Shown here: positions 1-13,400 of the stretch, piece after piece
Layout of the letters: every line of letters begins with the position of its first letter
How positions within the stretch are numbered: the stretch's first letter is position 1
Made by a program: the position numbers and the translations under genes
DNA from: Balanoglossus misakiensis
Lineage: Eukaryota; Animalia; Hemichordata
Direction of reading: 5' to 3'
Length of the DNA: 64,000 nucleotides
NCBI GenBank assembly: GCA_040954595.2
Contig: CM082581.2
Coordinates: 2,224,699-2,288,698 of the forward strand
Notes under the pieces: model-generated
Told to the model about the DNA's origin: nothing
The model's input: the letters and a program-made list of their open reading frames with translations, nothing else
Database searches by the model: none

Positions 1-285
1 TGCATGTATGTATGTATGTATGTTGACAATTGAGAAGTTTCCTCATCAAAAATTCTGAACAAAATTCTTGCTTCACTGTAATTTTTGGTGAAATATCAAC
101 TTTATTCAAGGTGAGAAAGTAGATAGTTTTTCCTTCTGAGATAATATTCTCAAATTTCCCAAACTGTTCATAAAAATCAAGTTGATGCATTATTTCATGC
201 TTGCCTTTAGGTACATCAGTTTTGATTTAACTGTTGTTGATTTTCCTTACAGAAAAATATTACTTAAGCAAACAGATCAGACAAA

Positions 286-2767
286 ATGGCAGAAAAACTA
301 TATGAATTTCTTAGACGACGCAGAGTGCCTGAAGAGGAAATTGACAGACTTGAACAGGAAAAGGTAAATTTTTTATTAGTTCTTGTTGCATATATGTAAA
401 TATGGCTAAATGAGCTTTAAGGCTAGTAGGTGGAAAAATATTCATTGACAGTCTTTCCATCTTTGTTTGTTTGTTTGTTTGTATGTATGTACCCGTATGT
501 ATGTATGTATGTATGTATGTATGTATGTATGTATGTATGTATGTATTTAGCGAGACCCCCCGCACCCTCTGCCCATATGCATGCACTAAGATTCCATGTG
601 CTTTAAATTGATTTTCAGATTGATCCATCGGTGATCCTCTTAATGGATGATGAGATGTTATCTAAGTATTTGACATCTTATGGGGACAGAGTTGCTGCTG
701 TGGACTTCTCTCGCAGATTATTTTGTACTGTTCCAGACAGAGAGAGCAGGAAGTCAGAACTACTGAAGACAAAAATTTAGCCTTCGAAATGGAAAGCAGA
801 ATAGTGTATCAGATGACAAGGGAGAATCAAGTAAAGGTAATCGTGGACAAGCCTCAACTAGACCAAGACCATTTGGTAATACACATGCAGCAAAAATAAA
901 GCGGAAAATTGAAATAGGATGGCTTGATTTTGATTTCATTGAAAAAGAATACAAGCAAGTTCGAGCCAGAAAAGGTGGTGGAACAAGGTGTATATCAGTA
1001 AGTAAGTCGAGCACGAAAGCTGATCTCCTGACTACAGGAAAAGATTTGTTTTTCCCCAACAGCGTATCACAGCGAGGAGACATGGACAGTTATCACGTTG
1101 ACATAAGAGATTCAGGAGAAAGAACAATTGATGAAACAAGCACCGTTGGCGAATTGTATGAAGTAACTGGTTTTAGAATGCTCCGCTTCTACATTATGAC
1201 AAAGAGAAAAGACTGTGAACAGGTAGTGAAACCTAAAAAGAAGAGCAGACAAACAAGTAAGCAGTCACAATTAGAATCAGTGTCATTGTCAGATGACAGC
1301 AGTGATGCTGATCTACCTGATCCAGGACTTGATAGGCATGTGCCAGTTCCACAGGCAAAGACGAGACAAGCAAGCAAGGGACAGTCACAAGCTCTTCCAC
1401 AGGAATATATTGATATGTTGTCTGATGAGAGCAATGATGCAGGTGTACCAAGTGCAGGAAACCACAATAAGCATATCCTAGATACAGTTCACCATGATCA
1501 TGGTATGCCCAGTTGTAGCAGATTCCAGTCTGAACCCATCCCTGACGTAGGTTCTGAAGTCACATTAGAGACAGTCGATTCTGATGCAGAACCACTGGTG
1601 ATTAGTGATAATGATTCAAACATTGTTCAGTTTGGATCACGGGGTTCCAATAGTAACTCAGCAGAAAGCCTTGATTCTACATTGCCGTTCTTTGAAAATG
1701 ATGAACCTGTTAGCCAATCCCAGCCCCAAGACACTACCAGTCATATCAGTGAAGATCAAGACCCAGTGGAGACTAGAACACTTGTAATACACAGGAGTGA
1801 TGTTTTGAATGACATGATTTCAGAATTCTCAGATCCAAAGATTATGGCATGTCCTATCAATGTGGCCATGGTTATGCCAGGAGGTAATATTGAGCGTGGT
1901 AGTGGTAGTGGAGTTGTGAGAGACTGTTTTACAAGTTTTTGGTCCGAGTTCTATGAATGTTGCACAGTTGGAAAGAATTGCCGGGTGCCATTCATTAGGC
2001 ATGATTACCCAAGAGAAAAATGGGAAGCTGTAGCAAGAATAATCATGAAGGGTTGGAAGGAAATGGATTACTTCCCTATTGAGTTTGCAAAGCCATTCAT
2101 GGAAGAAGTAATGTTTGGAGACCAGAAGTGTGAAGAGGCAAGTCTACTTCAAGTGTATTATCACTTCCTGTCTGAATCGGACCGTGAAGTATTTGAAGCT
2201 GCAATGAAGAACTTCCAAGAAGTAGAAGAAGATGAGTTAATTGAAGTGTTAGACCGACATGACTGTAAAAGACTGCCAACCAAAGAAAACATTGGATCCA
2301 TTCTGCACGAAATAGCGCATAAAGAGATAGTACAAGAGCCAATGTTTGTCATTGATAGTTGGCGACCAATCGTACAGCCATTAGGCAAACAAATTGGCAA
2401 AGAGAACTTGGATAGACTGTATAATGACAAGAAACCAACAACAAAGAAAGTCCTACAACATCTTCAAATCGCCGAATGCTTGAATAATAATGAGAGGGCT
2501 GTTGCTAATCACTTAAAACGATACATCCGTGAACTTGAACAAAGTACTCTAAAGAAGTTCCTGAGATATTGCACTGGTTGTGACATAATGACAGCAGAGC
2601 CGATTCAAGTGTCATTTGTTAAACTTGATGGTTTACAACGTCGTCCAGTTGCTCACACATGTGGCAATGTGCTTGAACTGCCATTGTCATATGCCAACTT
2701 CGTAGAATTCAGAAGTGAGTTCAATGCAGTTTTGAACAGTGGTTTTTGGGACATGGATATTATTTGA
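286..2767 (+). CDS. G2E3-like HECT E3 ubiquitin ligase, transposon-borne; exons 286-363 and 619-2767; apparent frameshift at ~760-780
   Basis: Exon 1 MAEKLYEFLRRRRVPEEEIDRLEQEK|GT splices (AG at 617-618) to IDPSVILLMDDEMLSKYLTSYGDR (SAM-like). After a frame change it continues IEIGWL..QVRARKGGGTR into the 573-aa ORF, with HECT motifs GSGVVRD, FLRYCTG and RRPVAHTCGNVLELP (catalytic Cys). Confidence 0.85.
466..546. repeat. (TTTG)n/(TATG)n microsatellite in the HECT gene intron; (TATG)n also at 1-22
   Basis: Directly visible tetranucleotide runs. Confidence 0.95.
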
Positions 2768-3750
2768 GACCATTGATATTGTTTCCATTGGTAGAACAGC
2801 AATGGTGAGTTATTACATGAATTAAAGGGACAATATTGTTGTGTTTGGCGTACATTGATAGAAAGAATACAGGGAATACTTGTGTAAAGTCACTTGGTAT
2901 GCAAAGTAATGATTATGTCACTGATGAACCTGACGTGTCAGAAGTCACCTCTTTGCTGCATGGAAGAGGTGAATTTATGTGGATTCATTAAGGGATGCGC
3001 CTGTAACTTTGCACTATTTTCAGTGTTTTCTTTAAATGTTCATACAGTTGCCATTTACCGTCATATTTCCTACAAATTGTTTTATCATTGATTACGTTAA
3101 ATGTTTACACATATTATCTAATATATGGAGAAGCTAAATACTTGATGTGTTATTGCAGCCTGTTGTGGGGAGTTATTCAGTTACTTATTCAGCCTGTTGT
3201 GGGGAGTTATTCAGTTACTTATTCAGTTACTATGTGACACAGTGTGTGACATAATGGTTAAAGCACAGGATGACCAGGCTTGGTTATTGGTGTAGATATA
3301 ATGTAAACAAACAACTAGGAGTAGTCTCTGTTCCACTCTACCAAAGAAGATCAGTGCTTTACTTGTCACTTATCGTCTGTATACTTAGTTTCTTTATTAA
3401 CATATTTGTTTGTTTGTTTACATATTTACATCTACAACCAAGCCTGGGCATCATGTGGTTTTAAGGTGCAAACAGTTGAGCCACAAAGTTGTTGTATTTC
3501 AGCTTTTATTTGCGGTGACAGTATTATACTTTACAGAATTAGATCTAACATTAACACAAAGTCTGTGCCATAGTTTCATATTACTTCAGTGTTGAAGATG
3601 AACAATATTGTCATTATGTTCTGAAAGTTAATAAAACTTTGTTGTGTTGACAAATATCTTGCTTTAATTCATCCAGTTCCTTGCATGGAAGTGACATTGT
3701 TGTTGTTGTTTGGGTGATGTATAATAATTTCCTTGTACAGTAAGGTCTTG

Positions 3751-5718
3751 CTAGTCAGATAAGGATTCATATTTTATAGAATTTCGGAGATTCACGTACA
3801 ATTCCACAGCAGAATATGGGTCAGAAGGTAAATGCATATTGTTGTCGACCATGTATGAGACACAGTACTCGAATAAATCTTCATCACAGGGGCACGCTCC
3901 TTTGAACACACATTCCTCTCGGCATGTGTTAATCTGTTCCTGAGAAACAGTTGATCCGAAATCATGACTTCCATACATCTCCGGGACAAAGAACATCATG
4001 TGAGGTCGCCCGATGGGAGAGACTGCGTTACGTGAACGACTGATCCTGTGACAATTCCATTCCATTACAGCATCATCCAGTTCATCCTGAATTATAAAAT
4101 GACAGGCACAAAATGTATGAGGAAGTTCAATGTTAGCAGTTTAATACATGCATCAGTTAAACATAGTCCCTAGGTACTATAGGATATCTAAAAGATACAT
4201 ACATGGTGACACCTCATCTACATGAACTCTTCAGACGGGAAGGTACACCTAAAATTAATTTATTGTAGTGAAATATAACCAAACAAACGGAATAAAATTA
4301 CAAATATTATAATTATAACAATTTACATATATTAGATTATCAATTGGTGTATAGACGGGTTTACCAGCTGGCGTGTAATTTATGATGAGGCTTATCACAC
4401 CAACAGTATTCGATCCGAGATTAATAGTAAGGTATTTATCGAAGGAGTGGTAAGTCTAAAATGTTGTCCAACATATGCATGCAGGATAGAGGTGCATAAA
4501 ATGGACAATTGGAATAAGTAGACAAGGACAGTCTTAAATCACACACACAATGCATTGCAGGTTGTGATTTTTGTTCATCATGATACATATCAACACATGT
4601 ACAGCACATTTTAAGCCTTTTTTACTTTGTATTTGAAGGTTTAAACCAAAATATGTGAGCAGTCCTTTCTTTTCAATACATAAAAACGTTCTTTTTTATA
4701 CTCCTCCCATTTGGAAGAGCGTAGGGTTATTGTTAGTCAGTTTATACATGGGACTTCTTATATTTTATTGTATTGTACGTTTTCACTATATAATATCAAT
4801 CCTAGCAATATTTTCTGTATAAGTATTTAAAGTATATACAGTATAAGTGATAGTGTAACAGATTGAGGAAAGACAATTATTTTTTAAGTCCCAAATTCTT
4901 CTTCTTACCTGTATCATTTTCAGGAAGCAAAATCTGACCAGATCTTTATCAAGATAATCACCACTGAAGACTCCATCATCCTTTAGTTTGTAGAAAAGAT
5001 CCAACCAAAACTGTCCACAGTGTTGGCGAAATGTACCCCACCATCGTTCTATGCGTGGGTTGAGTTGACTGCTGCCATAATAAAAGCAGTTGTCATCATT
5101 TGTTAGAAACTTCTGGAACTGTTCAACATGTCCATTTTCTGTGCCTCTATCCGCTCGCATGTTTTGGGGGCAAGATTTCAGACTTTCAACTTCTTTGATG
5201 AAGTACCCTGCTATAATCTTCGGATCACTGTTGGTGTGATAAGCTTGAGCCCAAATTACACGCCTGGAAAACCCGTCTATACACCCATTGATTGCTATTC
5301 CGTAAGGGGAAAGTTTGTCATACGAATCTAGGTGCCACATATAGTTCGGCCCAGGAGACCCATACTGGCGACGGCGTAGACGACGTCTCTTTCTTAATTC
5401 CACACCTATGGGGTCAATGATCTGGAGTAACAACCGCACACTCTCCCTGTCGATAACCAATCCTCTCTGGACACACTTTAAATGCATCCACCGATAGCCG
5501 TGGAGTCTTCCAGATTTGTCAACCTCTTCTCTCAGAAATGTTATTACCTCATTGATGTCTGAATGGTACTTCCGTCTGAAAAGTCCGAGTTTCTTCAGTA
5601 ATCTTTTAAGATGACGCATACTAATGACAACGTTATGATTGACAGCTAAAGTAGCCAGGATTTCACTGTAGTTGAAGCCCATGTTGAAATAGATACGGAT
5701 TATATCATCTCTTTCCAT
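3751..5718 (-). CDS. IS3EU-type DDE transposase (HTH + integrase core); exons 5718-4909 and 4086-3751; appears intact
   Basis: Motifs WHLDSYDKL, GCIDGFSRR, RADRGTEN, NPRIERWW. GT..AG splice (CAG|GTAAG; TTCAG|GAT) joins FCFLKMIQ to DELDDAVMEWNCHRI..GRPHMMF in frame. Confidence 0.9.
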
Positions 5719-6157
5719 GGTGACGTTATCTGTTCGATAGAGGAGGAATGTTAATTGTCGCATTAGATAAAAGGAATTATCGTATAATGATAATGAATAA
5801 AGTATAATATTGAAACCAATTGTTTAGTAACTTTACCACTGAGTCAGTTTTCTTGCCAACTTGGAAAGTAATCTCAGGCCAAGACTTCGGTAATTTGTCC
5901 CAGTACGTATAACTAGTAATTATAAATATTACGAAGTTGAAATGTCAACTAATTACCAAGACTCATGCACTCAGTCTGATGATACGATGCAGCATGCAGC
6001 TCTGAAACCGACGATCACTCCTACCATTGAATACACTGCGTGCTTGCTTGCCAATTCTCCGTACCGATATCGATGCATGTCCCTCTCTGGACCGATATCG
6101 ATGCATGGTCCTCTCTGGACAGTCTCCCTACCAACACACCGCCCTCTTTCGAGAGAA

Positions 6158-6757
6158 TTATCTCGAGATCTCGAGATAAAAAAATAAAAAGTCGGGAAAA
6201 CGAATAGCATTATCTCGAGATCTCGAGATAAAAAAAGTAAAAAGTCAGGAAAACGAACTTGAATTATCTCGAGATCTCGAGATAAAAAAATAAAAAGTCG
6301 GGAAAACGAATAGCATTATCTCGAGATCTCGAGATAAAAAAATAAAAAGTCAGGAAAACGAACTTGAATTATCTCGAGATCTCGAGATAAAAAAATAAAA
6401 AGTCGGGAAAACGAATAGCATTATCTCGAGATCTCGAGATAAAAAAATAAAAAGTCAGGAAAACGAACTTGAATTATCTCGAGATCTCGAGATAAAAAAA
6501 TAAAAAGTCGGGAAAACGAATAGCATTATCTCGAGATCTCGAGATAAAAAAATAAAAAGTCAGGAAAACGAACTTGAATTATCTCGAGATCTCGAGATAA
6601 AAAAATAAAAAGTCGGGAAAACGAATGGAATTATCTCGAGATCTCGAGATATAAAAGTAAAAAGTCAGGAAAACGAACTTGAATTATCTCGAGATCTCGA
6701 GATAAAAAAATAAAAAGTCAGGAAAACGAATGGAATTATCTCGAGATCTCGAGATAA
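6158..6757. repeat. Subterminal tandem array: 12 copies of the 22-bp palindrome TTATCTCGAGATCTCGAGATAA at 52-54 bp period with two alternating spacers
   Basis: Palindromes start at about 6158, 6210, 6264, 6316, 6369, 6421, 6474, 6526, 6579, 6631, 6684 and 6736. Spacers alternate GTCGGGAAAACGAATAGCA and GTCAGGAAAACGAACTTGAA. Confidence 0.97.
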
Positions 6758-7847
6758 TTTTTTATTTATTGCGTATGTACATGTCCCCAACTGGCTTTCA
6801 TAGTTTTAAACCGATGGTGGCAAAGAAGTTTTCCGCGAACATGAAAACAACACAGCTGCAAAATGAAGGTATTGTTCTACTGATACATTAAACGCACAAC
6901 TTAGAATATGTGCCGTTTTAGCCACATGCAGATTGCAGGCACCATGTAGCTCTGCTTGGCATAGTAAAACACGTGTCACGTGTTGATCACATGACTTAAA
7001 TGAAGGCGAACGTCCATGTTTGTATGGGAGGGTCACCAGATTTACGGCGCTGCATTAACGACGTTTACGATTCGGCGACAAACACGTCAAGTAGGTTCCC
7101 ATTTGTGAAATTTTCGTTCGATCTTTATTTCTGACAACATTATGTACATGTTCATGTAGTTTATTGTTTGAAAATCGGTGCGTATCATTTTGCTCCGCAC
7201 CCAACGGATTTTCCTATGGATGGCTCCATAGCTTTGGGGAGGGAGAGCAGCGTTGACCCAAACAGCGTATAAGTCCAGAGCTATGCTGGGCAGAGCTGTG
7301 TGTCTTTACGACGTCACTCCTGTATATGAGAGAGACGGTGGGCGATCTCTTTTACAGTTATTTTCAAAATATTGTTTTTAAAAAAAAATATTTATTATCA
7401 TCATCATCATGATTCCAGCTATTAATTTGCAGTACACGTTGTTGTCTTTTGCCAGAAAGGAATGCATTTCTCATATCACCTTACAAACTGCCAGAAATCC
7501 AAACAACACCTTTATGATAAAGCCTACAATGAAATGGTGGATGGTACAAATCAAAGATTATGTGACTGCATGATCCTCTCCACATGATACTTCTCAAAGG
7601 ATATTAATTTGCTTGGAGGGTGGATGTCTGTTGCTAAGCAACCAATGATGTGGGAGTGATGTAGAAATCTTTGTGATTTCTCAAAATATAACCATTATTC
7701 TAAATTAATATTTCCGTCAATTGGTTTTCAAGCATAATATATACACAACACAACAAATTATATTGATATACCATGCCTAAAATATGAAATGGAAAAAATG
7801 CAATCAAATGAGTGGCCAAGCAAATTTTTTCAAAATTTTCCATTTAA

Positions 7848-10448
7848 GGCCAGGCTCCACCCTCATTTTTGATGCTTTTTAGTGGTACAATTTATACCAC
7901 TATTTTGCTAAAACTTGTTCAATATTGATGAAATTTGGTCATGTGATGCATCATGAACTTCTCTGAAATTTGACTAAATGTCAAGGTCATTGACCTCTGT
8001 TGACCTCTTAAAATATGCAAATTAGTCCACAGTATGAGAAAAAGTTTACTTTTTTGTTATTCTTCTTATATAAGAGGTCTGTGGCTGTGTACAATGATTT
8101 AAATACCACAAATTCAGTACTTTGTGGTATATTTAACATATTTTATTCATATTTCTGTATAGAGTGATGAATATTATTTGTTAATTTTCTTCATCCTGGC
8201 TGGGTAATACACTGTTACAAAAAGTGATTTTTGTTGAAATTGACTGCTATCTTGTCAAAGATTATGAACCAATTGTAAGTTTGATTTTTATATAACAATA
8301 ACATACATTACCCAAATATTCAGAAAATGTGTGTTTTGGGGTTTCCATGAACTCATTTGCATAATTAGTCATGTGACAAATATGGCCGCCAACGCTAAAT
8401 TGATTTTTAGAAAAAACGTGATATCTCAAGAACCGTTCAACCTAGTGACCTGAAACTTTGCCCACAGTTACTTGCATGTATTTAGCATTAAATTAACTAT
8501 TATCTTTGGTGCATATCTTTTTTTCAAAAGTTAGAGCAAATAATTAAAAAAATTGAGTTTGCATCTTGCAACAATGTAACACAATCCATTGTATCTTAAA
8601 CATTTTTCCACTTTGCACAGTGATCTTAGTTCATTTGATAAGAAATCACATCATGAACAATCACTGAAAATTTCAAGAAAATTGCTTTAAAATTACTTGA
8701 GATATTTTGCATACCGTGCCTACAGAATTGCTGAAAATACCATTTTGAGAAAATCGCATTCAAAGTTGGTAATTATGTTTCTACTGTTTATAATGGATCA
8801 ATACTGTATCAAGGTCAAATATATGCATGTATAAGATGATGAACATTCACCTGATGCAGTTATGAAGTTAAATTTGTGATAATATACACTGAAGGCAGGT
8901 TTTTTGTGAAAAAAAAACAGGAAATTGATCAAAAATTCACCAGGACCATAGTCTGGGTCATTAGCTGTTCATGTGCAGCACGAAGACGTCTGCGGCCCGA
9001 TGAATATATCTTTTCTATCTGTTGAATCTAATTTCCATTTCTAACTTCTAAAATGAAAGTAATAGTCCCAGTTCCCTCTCATTATAGTACACTATGACAG
9101 CATCTGCTACTGCAAGCTCAAGCCGACGACGCCCAACAAAATTCTCCTTGGGACAATGGTCCCATATGGGGTTGTGTAATGTCATTTGTGTTCTGTGTTC
9201 CTCCATACACACACCTCATCAGCAAGTTGTTGTCAGACAGCTTTACAAATATTGGCAGAATTCCTTTTTGCAGGTCACCATACCCAGATTGCATTGGACA
9301 CCACTTGCCACAATCATGAGTGCCAGTGGTCCCTGTTTTAGTGTTTTCATATGGCCCTGATGGATGACCTATGTTCTCCCAGCTGCACCTCCTGAGAGAA
9401 GTGTCTTCCAATGGCAAACATGGATAGTGGGAAACAATGATTTACATCATAAAATCGGCCAGATCTTCTAGATGTGTTCATTACAATCCTGCACACAACG
9501 TCAAACCCCAGCGTCAAACTTAGAGTTCAGTCCGAATCACTTTGACATCTATGTCACATCATCACAACCAAAGTTTTCAGGGGTGCATTTGGGACAGGAG
9601 AATTGTTGCATAAACTCAATGAGCAGTTCAATATCAAGGAATCTGTATCTCGAGAGTTCATCATCTGCGTCTCATTCAGTATCTGGAGAGTCTTTGTGAA
9701 TCTTTCCCAACTACATAAACTTTCAGAAGATGAAATCGATGACTGGCCCATAGGCCCAATGCATTCAATGGCTCAACATGTGTTGGCTTCCTACCGCCGG
9801 TTGTCTGGTTGAATACGATCCTGTAAATCTGTTGCCACAAAATGCTCGCTTTTTTGGTCGATAACAAGTTTTACCTGGCTTGCTAAGGGCCATCCGTATG
9901 ATTCGAGTCAGTAAATAGGTGCTTCGATTTTGTTTTCAAAGACGAACAGATCGACATACAGCTTGCATGCAGCAGAGTGCAGTATAGTGTACGTTTACAT
10001 AACAAAAGACTGCCATGGCGGCCAACATTCAAGTGTTCAATAGTAGCCCCACTCTGATTGGCCGATGTTACTGGGCTACAGTAGGTATAAGCAAGTAGAC
10101 TGTCCAATGAAAATAGTTGTTACAGATAATAATAACTGATTAACTGAAGCAATTCCACATTTGTAGCCCAGCATTTTACTGCAAGATTTTTTTCAATCCG
10201 ACAATGCAAACCCAAATTACGTGAATTACAGATTCATGAATAATTAATTAGCTATTTAATAGTTATTGTTTGGGCGTTTTTTGGTTGCATACTGTCTGAA
10301 AATGTTATTTTTCATACCTAAGGGAAGAACTAAGGGCTATAAAACACCTTCTATGTGAAAGCACAATAACCAAAGTTCACAGTAAAACAAAAACATGAAA
10401 GTTGGTCAGGTGAGGGAAAATGGTGTTTTTTTAGGGTGGAGCCTGGCG
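7848..10448. mobile_element. Decayed Kolobok-type DNA transposon
   Basis: TTAA-GGCCAGGCTCCACCCT at left and AGGGTGGAGCCTGGC..TTAA at right (TIR with TTAA target); internal minus-strand transposase remnant. Confidence 0.7.
9100..9890 (-). pseudogene. Kolobok transposase remnant
   Basis: Fragment LQKGILPIFVKLSDNNLLMRCVYGGTQNTN resembles the C-x-x-G-x-TQNxNES motif around the catalytic Glu. The frame is heavily disrupted. Confidence 0.65.
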
Positions 10449-13400
10449 ATTTAACATTTTGTAATAGTTTATATATTTGAGGCTGACTGTGGGTTGATTC
10501 TGTCTGTCTTAAACATTCAAGAAAAATTTGTTTGTAAAGTCATTTCAATGCCTGTCTATTAAAGCCTGTATAGCTGCCAAATTTCACATTTTTCAACAAT
10601 AAAATACTTCAAATATATTCCCTATCCTCTAAATCCTCAACTTAAGCCATATTACTCGCATTTGCATCAGTTTGTCATCTTTTGGCGACGCAAACCACGA
10701 TAGCTGCGTACTGTTTGTATGGAGGCTGATGAAATAGGTGCGGCACCGTTTTAATACAAAAGTGTTCAAATTGCAACATGCAGTCATAATCGGGCATCGA
10801 TAAGGTGTTCATGTATACCTAAGTAAGCTTATTTAGATGGACTAATTTAAGTTGGAAATTAATGCTAAAAAGTGGCAGCTCTAGAGACTTTCAATTCCAC
10901 ATTTTCCAATTCCACAATTGTTGGATGTAAATGTATTTGAAATATGTGCTTTGATTGGATTATATGACATAGATTTATTTGAAGGGTGTGTTTGGATTAG
11001 ATTATGTGACCATTGGATTTTGGATTTGTGTTCAAGAATTGTTTGGAAATATAGAAGGGATCTGATGAAAAATGTTCAGGCAATTATTTTACCTTGGTCT
11101 AGAGTTTTAAAAAAGGGTGCGTGATTTTCATGTTGTTTGGGTATTGATACTATGTTCACTTCCAGTTCTATATTTGCAAATTGAGATATGCTTAAATGTC
11201 CAGTATTCAGCTTATCAACTCTACCAGTATTTTCATTAATAGCAATAAAATTTATGCGTTTATTGTTTGTGTAATTTGGATTATTAAGTCAAATGAGGGA
11301 CAGTTCTTAATGTACACCTTGGAATGAATCAATCAACAACATAATAGATAGGTGCATATTTTTCCTCTATTTTGATGTGAACTTTGCTAAATCCTTTTTA
11401 TCATTTAAACAATGACCTTTGGCTTTTCAGAGACGCGGTCAAGATGTCTCTCCTAATCCGTTTGAGCTCGCGCTCTGATTCGATAGTATCATGCAGATGT
11501 TGCTTCATGTGATTGGCTAACGTCCTTGTCACGTGACGTGGCATACGTGTGGAACATACGTTCGGAACAACAAACGACACTTGTACGCGTAAATTATGAT
11601 TACGTATAAAATAATTCGGATAATCTCAATTTTTGGCGATCGATCTATAAAAATGAAATTGTGAAGTAAGTAGGCAACCATGGTGATACTTCCGGTGGAA
11701 CGCCATTCTCGTGTACGATAAGGCGTGGGCGCCCTCTATCGACAGACTGAATACGTTAATCGAGCATAATAAACAATTGTAACCACACCAGCCAATCAGT
11801 TGATGTAATTCATGTTCAAGACAAGCAAATAAAATGAGACATTTCCGAGAAAACCTCCAAAACTATTATCATGTGACAAATAGTGGCATTTTGGGGGTCG
11901 AAAATGATATTCTTAAAAGAAGGCCAAAAATCCACTGCTAGATGCTCACAATCCCATTATTATTTTTTAGTTTCACCTTATGACCCGTCAACTTTCTCTG
12001 ATAGGACTCATACTGTAGTGTATTTCGCTGCCATAATATTTTGACGATGTAGATTATCGACTACCCATTGACCGGCAGCCAAAATTCCAACATTTATAGG
12101 GTTATGCTGAATCATTAACTTCGTTTTCAAACACAGTATCGTAATCTTGAAATGGGCGAACATGTTAACCTTCGATTACGACCAGAGGTGTCAGAAAATA
12201 AAGCTGTTTAGCGGTGGATTTTTCGTATTTTCCGCCTCGTAAATTATCCTTACCCTGGGACGCTCGTCCAGGGGTGCCATTACGTAATGCCTTAGTTGGC
12301 GTGATGCATTGTGGGTAAAATCAGCTGATCGTATACGCGTATCCTAGCAACTGACATGGACGCTACCATTAGCGCCCGCCCGCGTTCAAGATCATTTTAG
12401 TGTCGCTACAGTTCAGAAAATCGTGAACATACATAATTCCCAATCAGTTTGGGATGATTTTTAGCCACAAGTAGTAATTACTGTCACTCATTCACTTATT
12501 TAACAAGCCATGACAACATTATATGAGGGAAATAAACCTTTATTTCAACTTCAATCTGGTGAGTACATGGTTTTCATTTTACCCCATCAAAATAGTGCGT
12601 CTTGAAAGGTCAAAGTTCAACTTTTCCTTTGTTCATGTAAAATTGGCGCCATATTCAAATTGCAGCAGATGATCCCTTCAGCTGTTATTTGGAGGTATGC
12701 ACTTGTTCAGTTGGCATGTCATCATGGCATTTTGTGGTTATTTTATGGCCATAGCTGCAAGAGCAACAAAAGAGCTTTCTAATTCCGAAAAGTCTACTCA
12801 GGAAAAGGCTGAAAATACATCAAGATTTATGCCTGTTTACAACATATCCATTGGACAAAGGTATGCCAAATATCAGGATATCATGGCTAACAGCAGAAAT
12901 ATGCAAGTTACCAGTTTAAATTTAAACTGCCACGATTTGAGAAAACACTAAGTGCTTCAGTTCAATGGTTGAATTCCAGGAAAAATGTCAGTATTTCTAC
13001 AGCATTTTTCTGCAACTAGTTGGCAAAAACTGCCTTTATCAAGGCAAATCCTACACACAGCACTTGACTGTCAAGAGTGCCAAAGTAGCAATGTTGATGT
13101 TCTGCTTTTGAACAAGTACTATCAGAAACATATCAAAAGTCTTCCCTTCTCGACTGTTGAGGTAATCGAAGATGCAATGGGAGAGATGCAACAACTACAA
13201 AATCCACATGAGACAAAGCTGACTGTCCCTCTTAAATCTGCCGTAAGAACTGCCGGACAGCTATATCAGCGAGTAGAGGAGTCATACAATAAAGTGTACT
13301 CAACACCTTTCAGTGAAGCGCTTCTCAAAGTTCCGGGGTTCAAGCTACAGACAAGAATCAGCAAAGAACAGAAAAAGAAAGACAGACGAGCACTTCATAC

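Larger units (their letters stand above)
1..6802. mobile_element. IS3EU-type two-gene DNA transposon (HECT ligase + DDE transposase, convergent); right end at 6802, left end outside window
   Basis: Integrase-core transposase on - strand converges on a HECT gene on + strand. A subterminal tandem array is followed by ...ATGTCCCCAACTGGCTTTCATA (rev-comp TATGAAAGCC...), matching the TAY..RTA termini I recall for IS3EU. The partner TIR and TSD are not visible. Confidence 0.7.

Noticed and set aside
3157-3230. ~34-bp tandem duplication in the HECT 3' region
   Set aside because: Simple local slippage with no sign of function.
6158-6757. CRISPR array
   Set aside because: Spacers are two alternating sequences, not unique; no cas genes; eukaryotic context at a transposon end.
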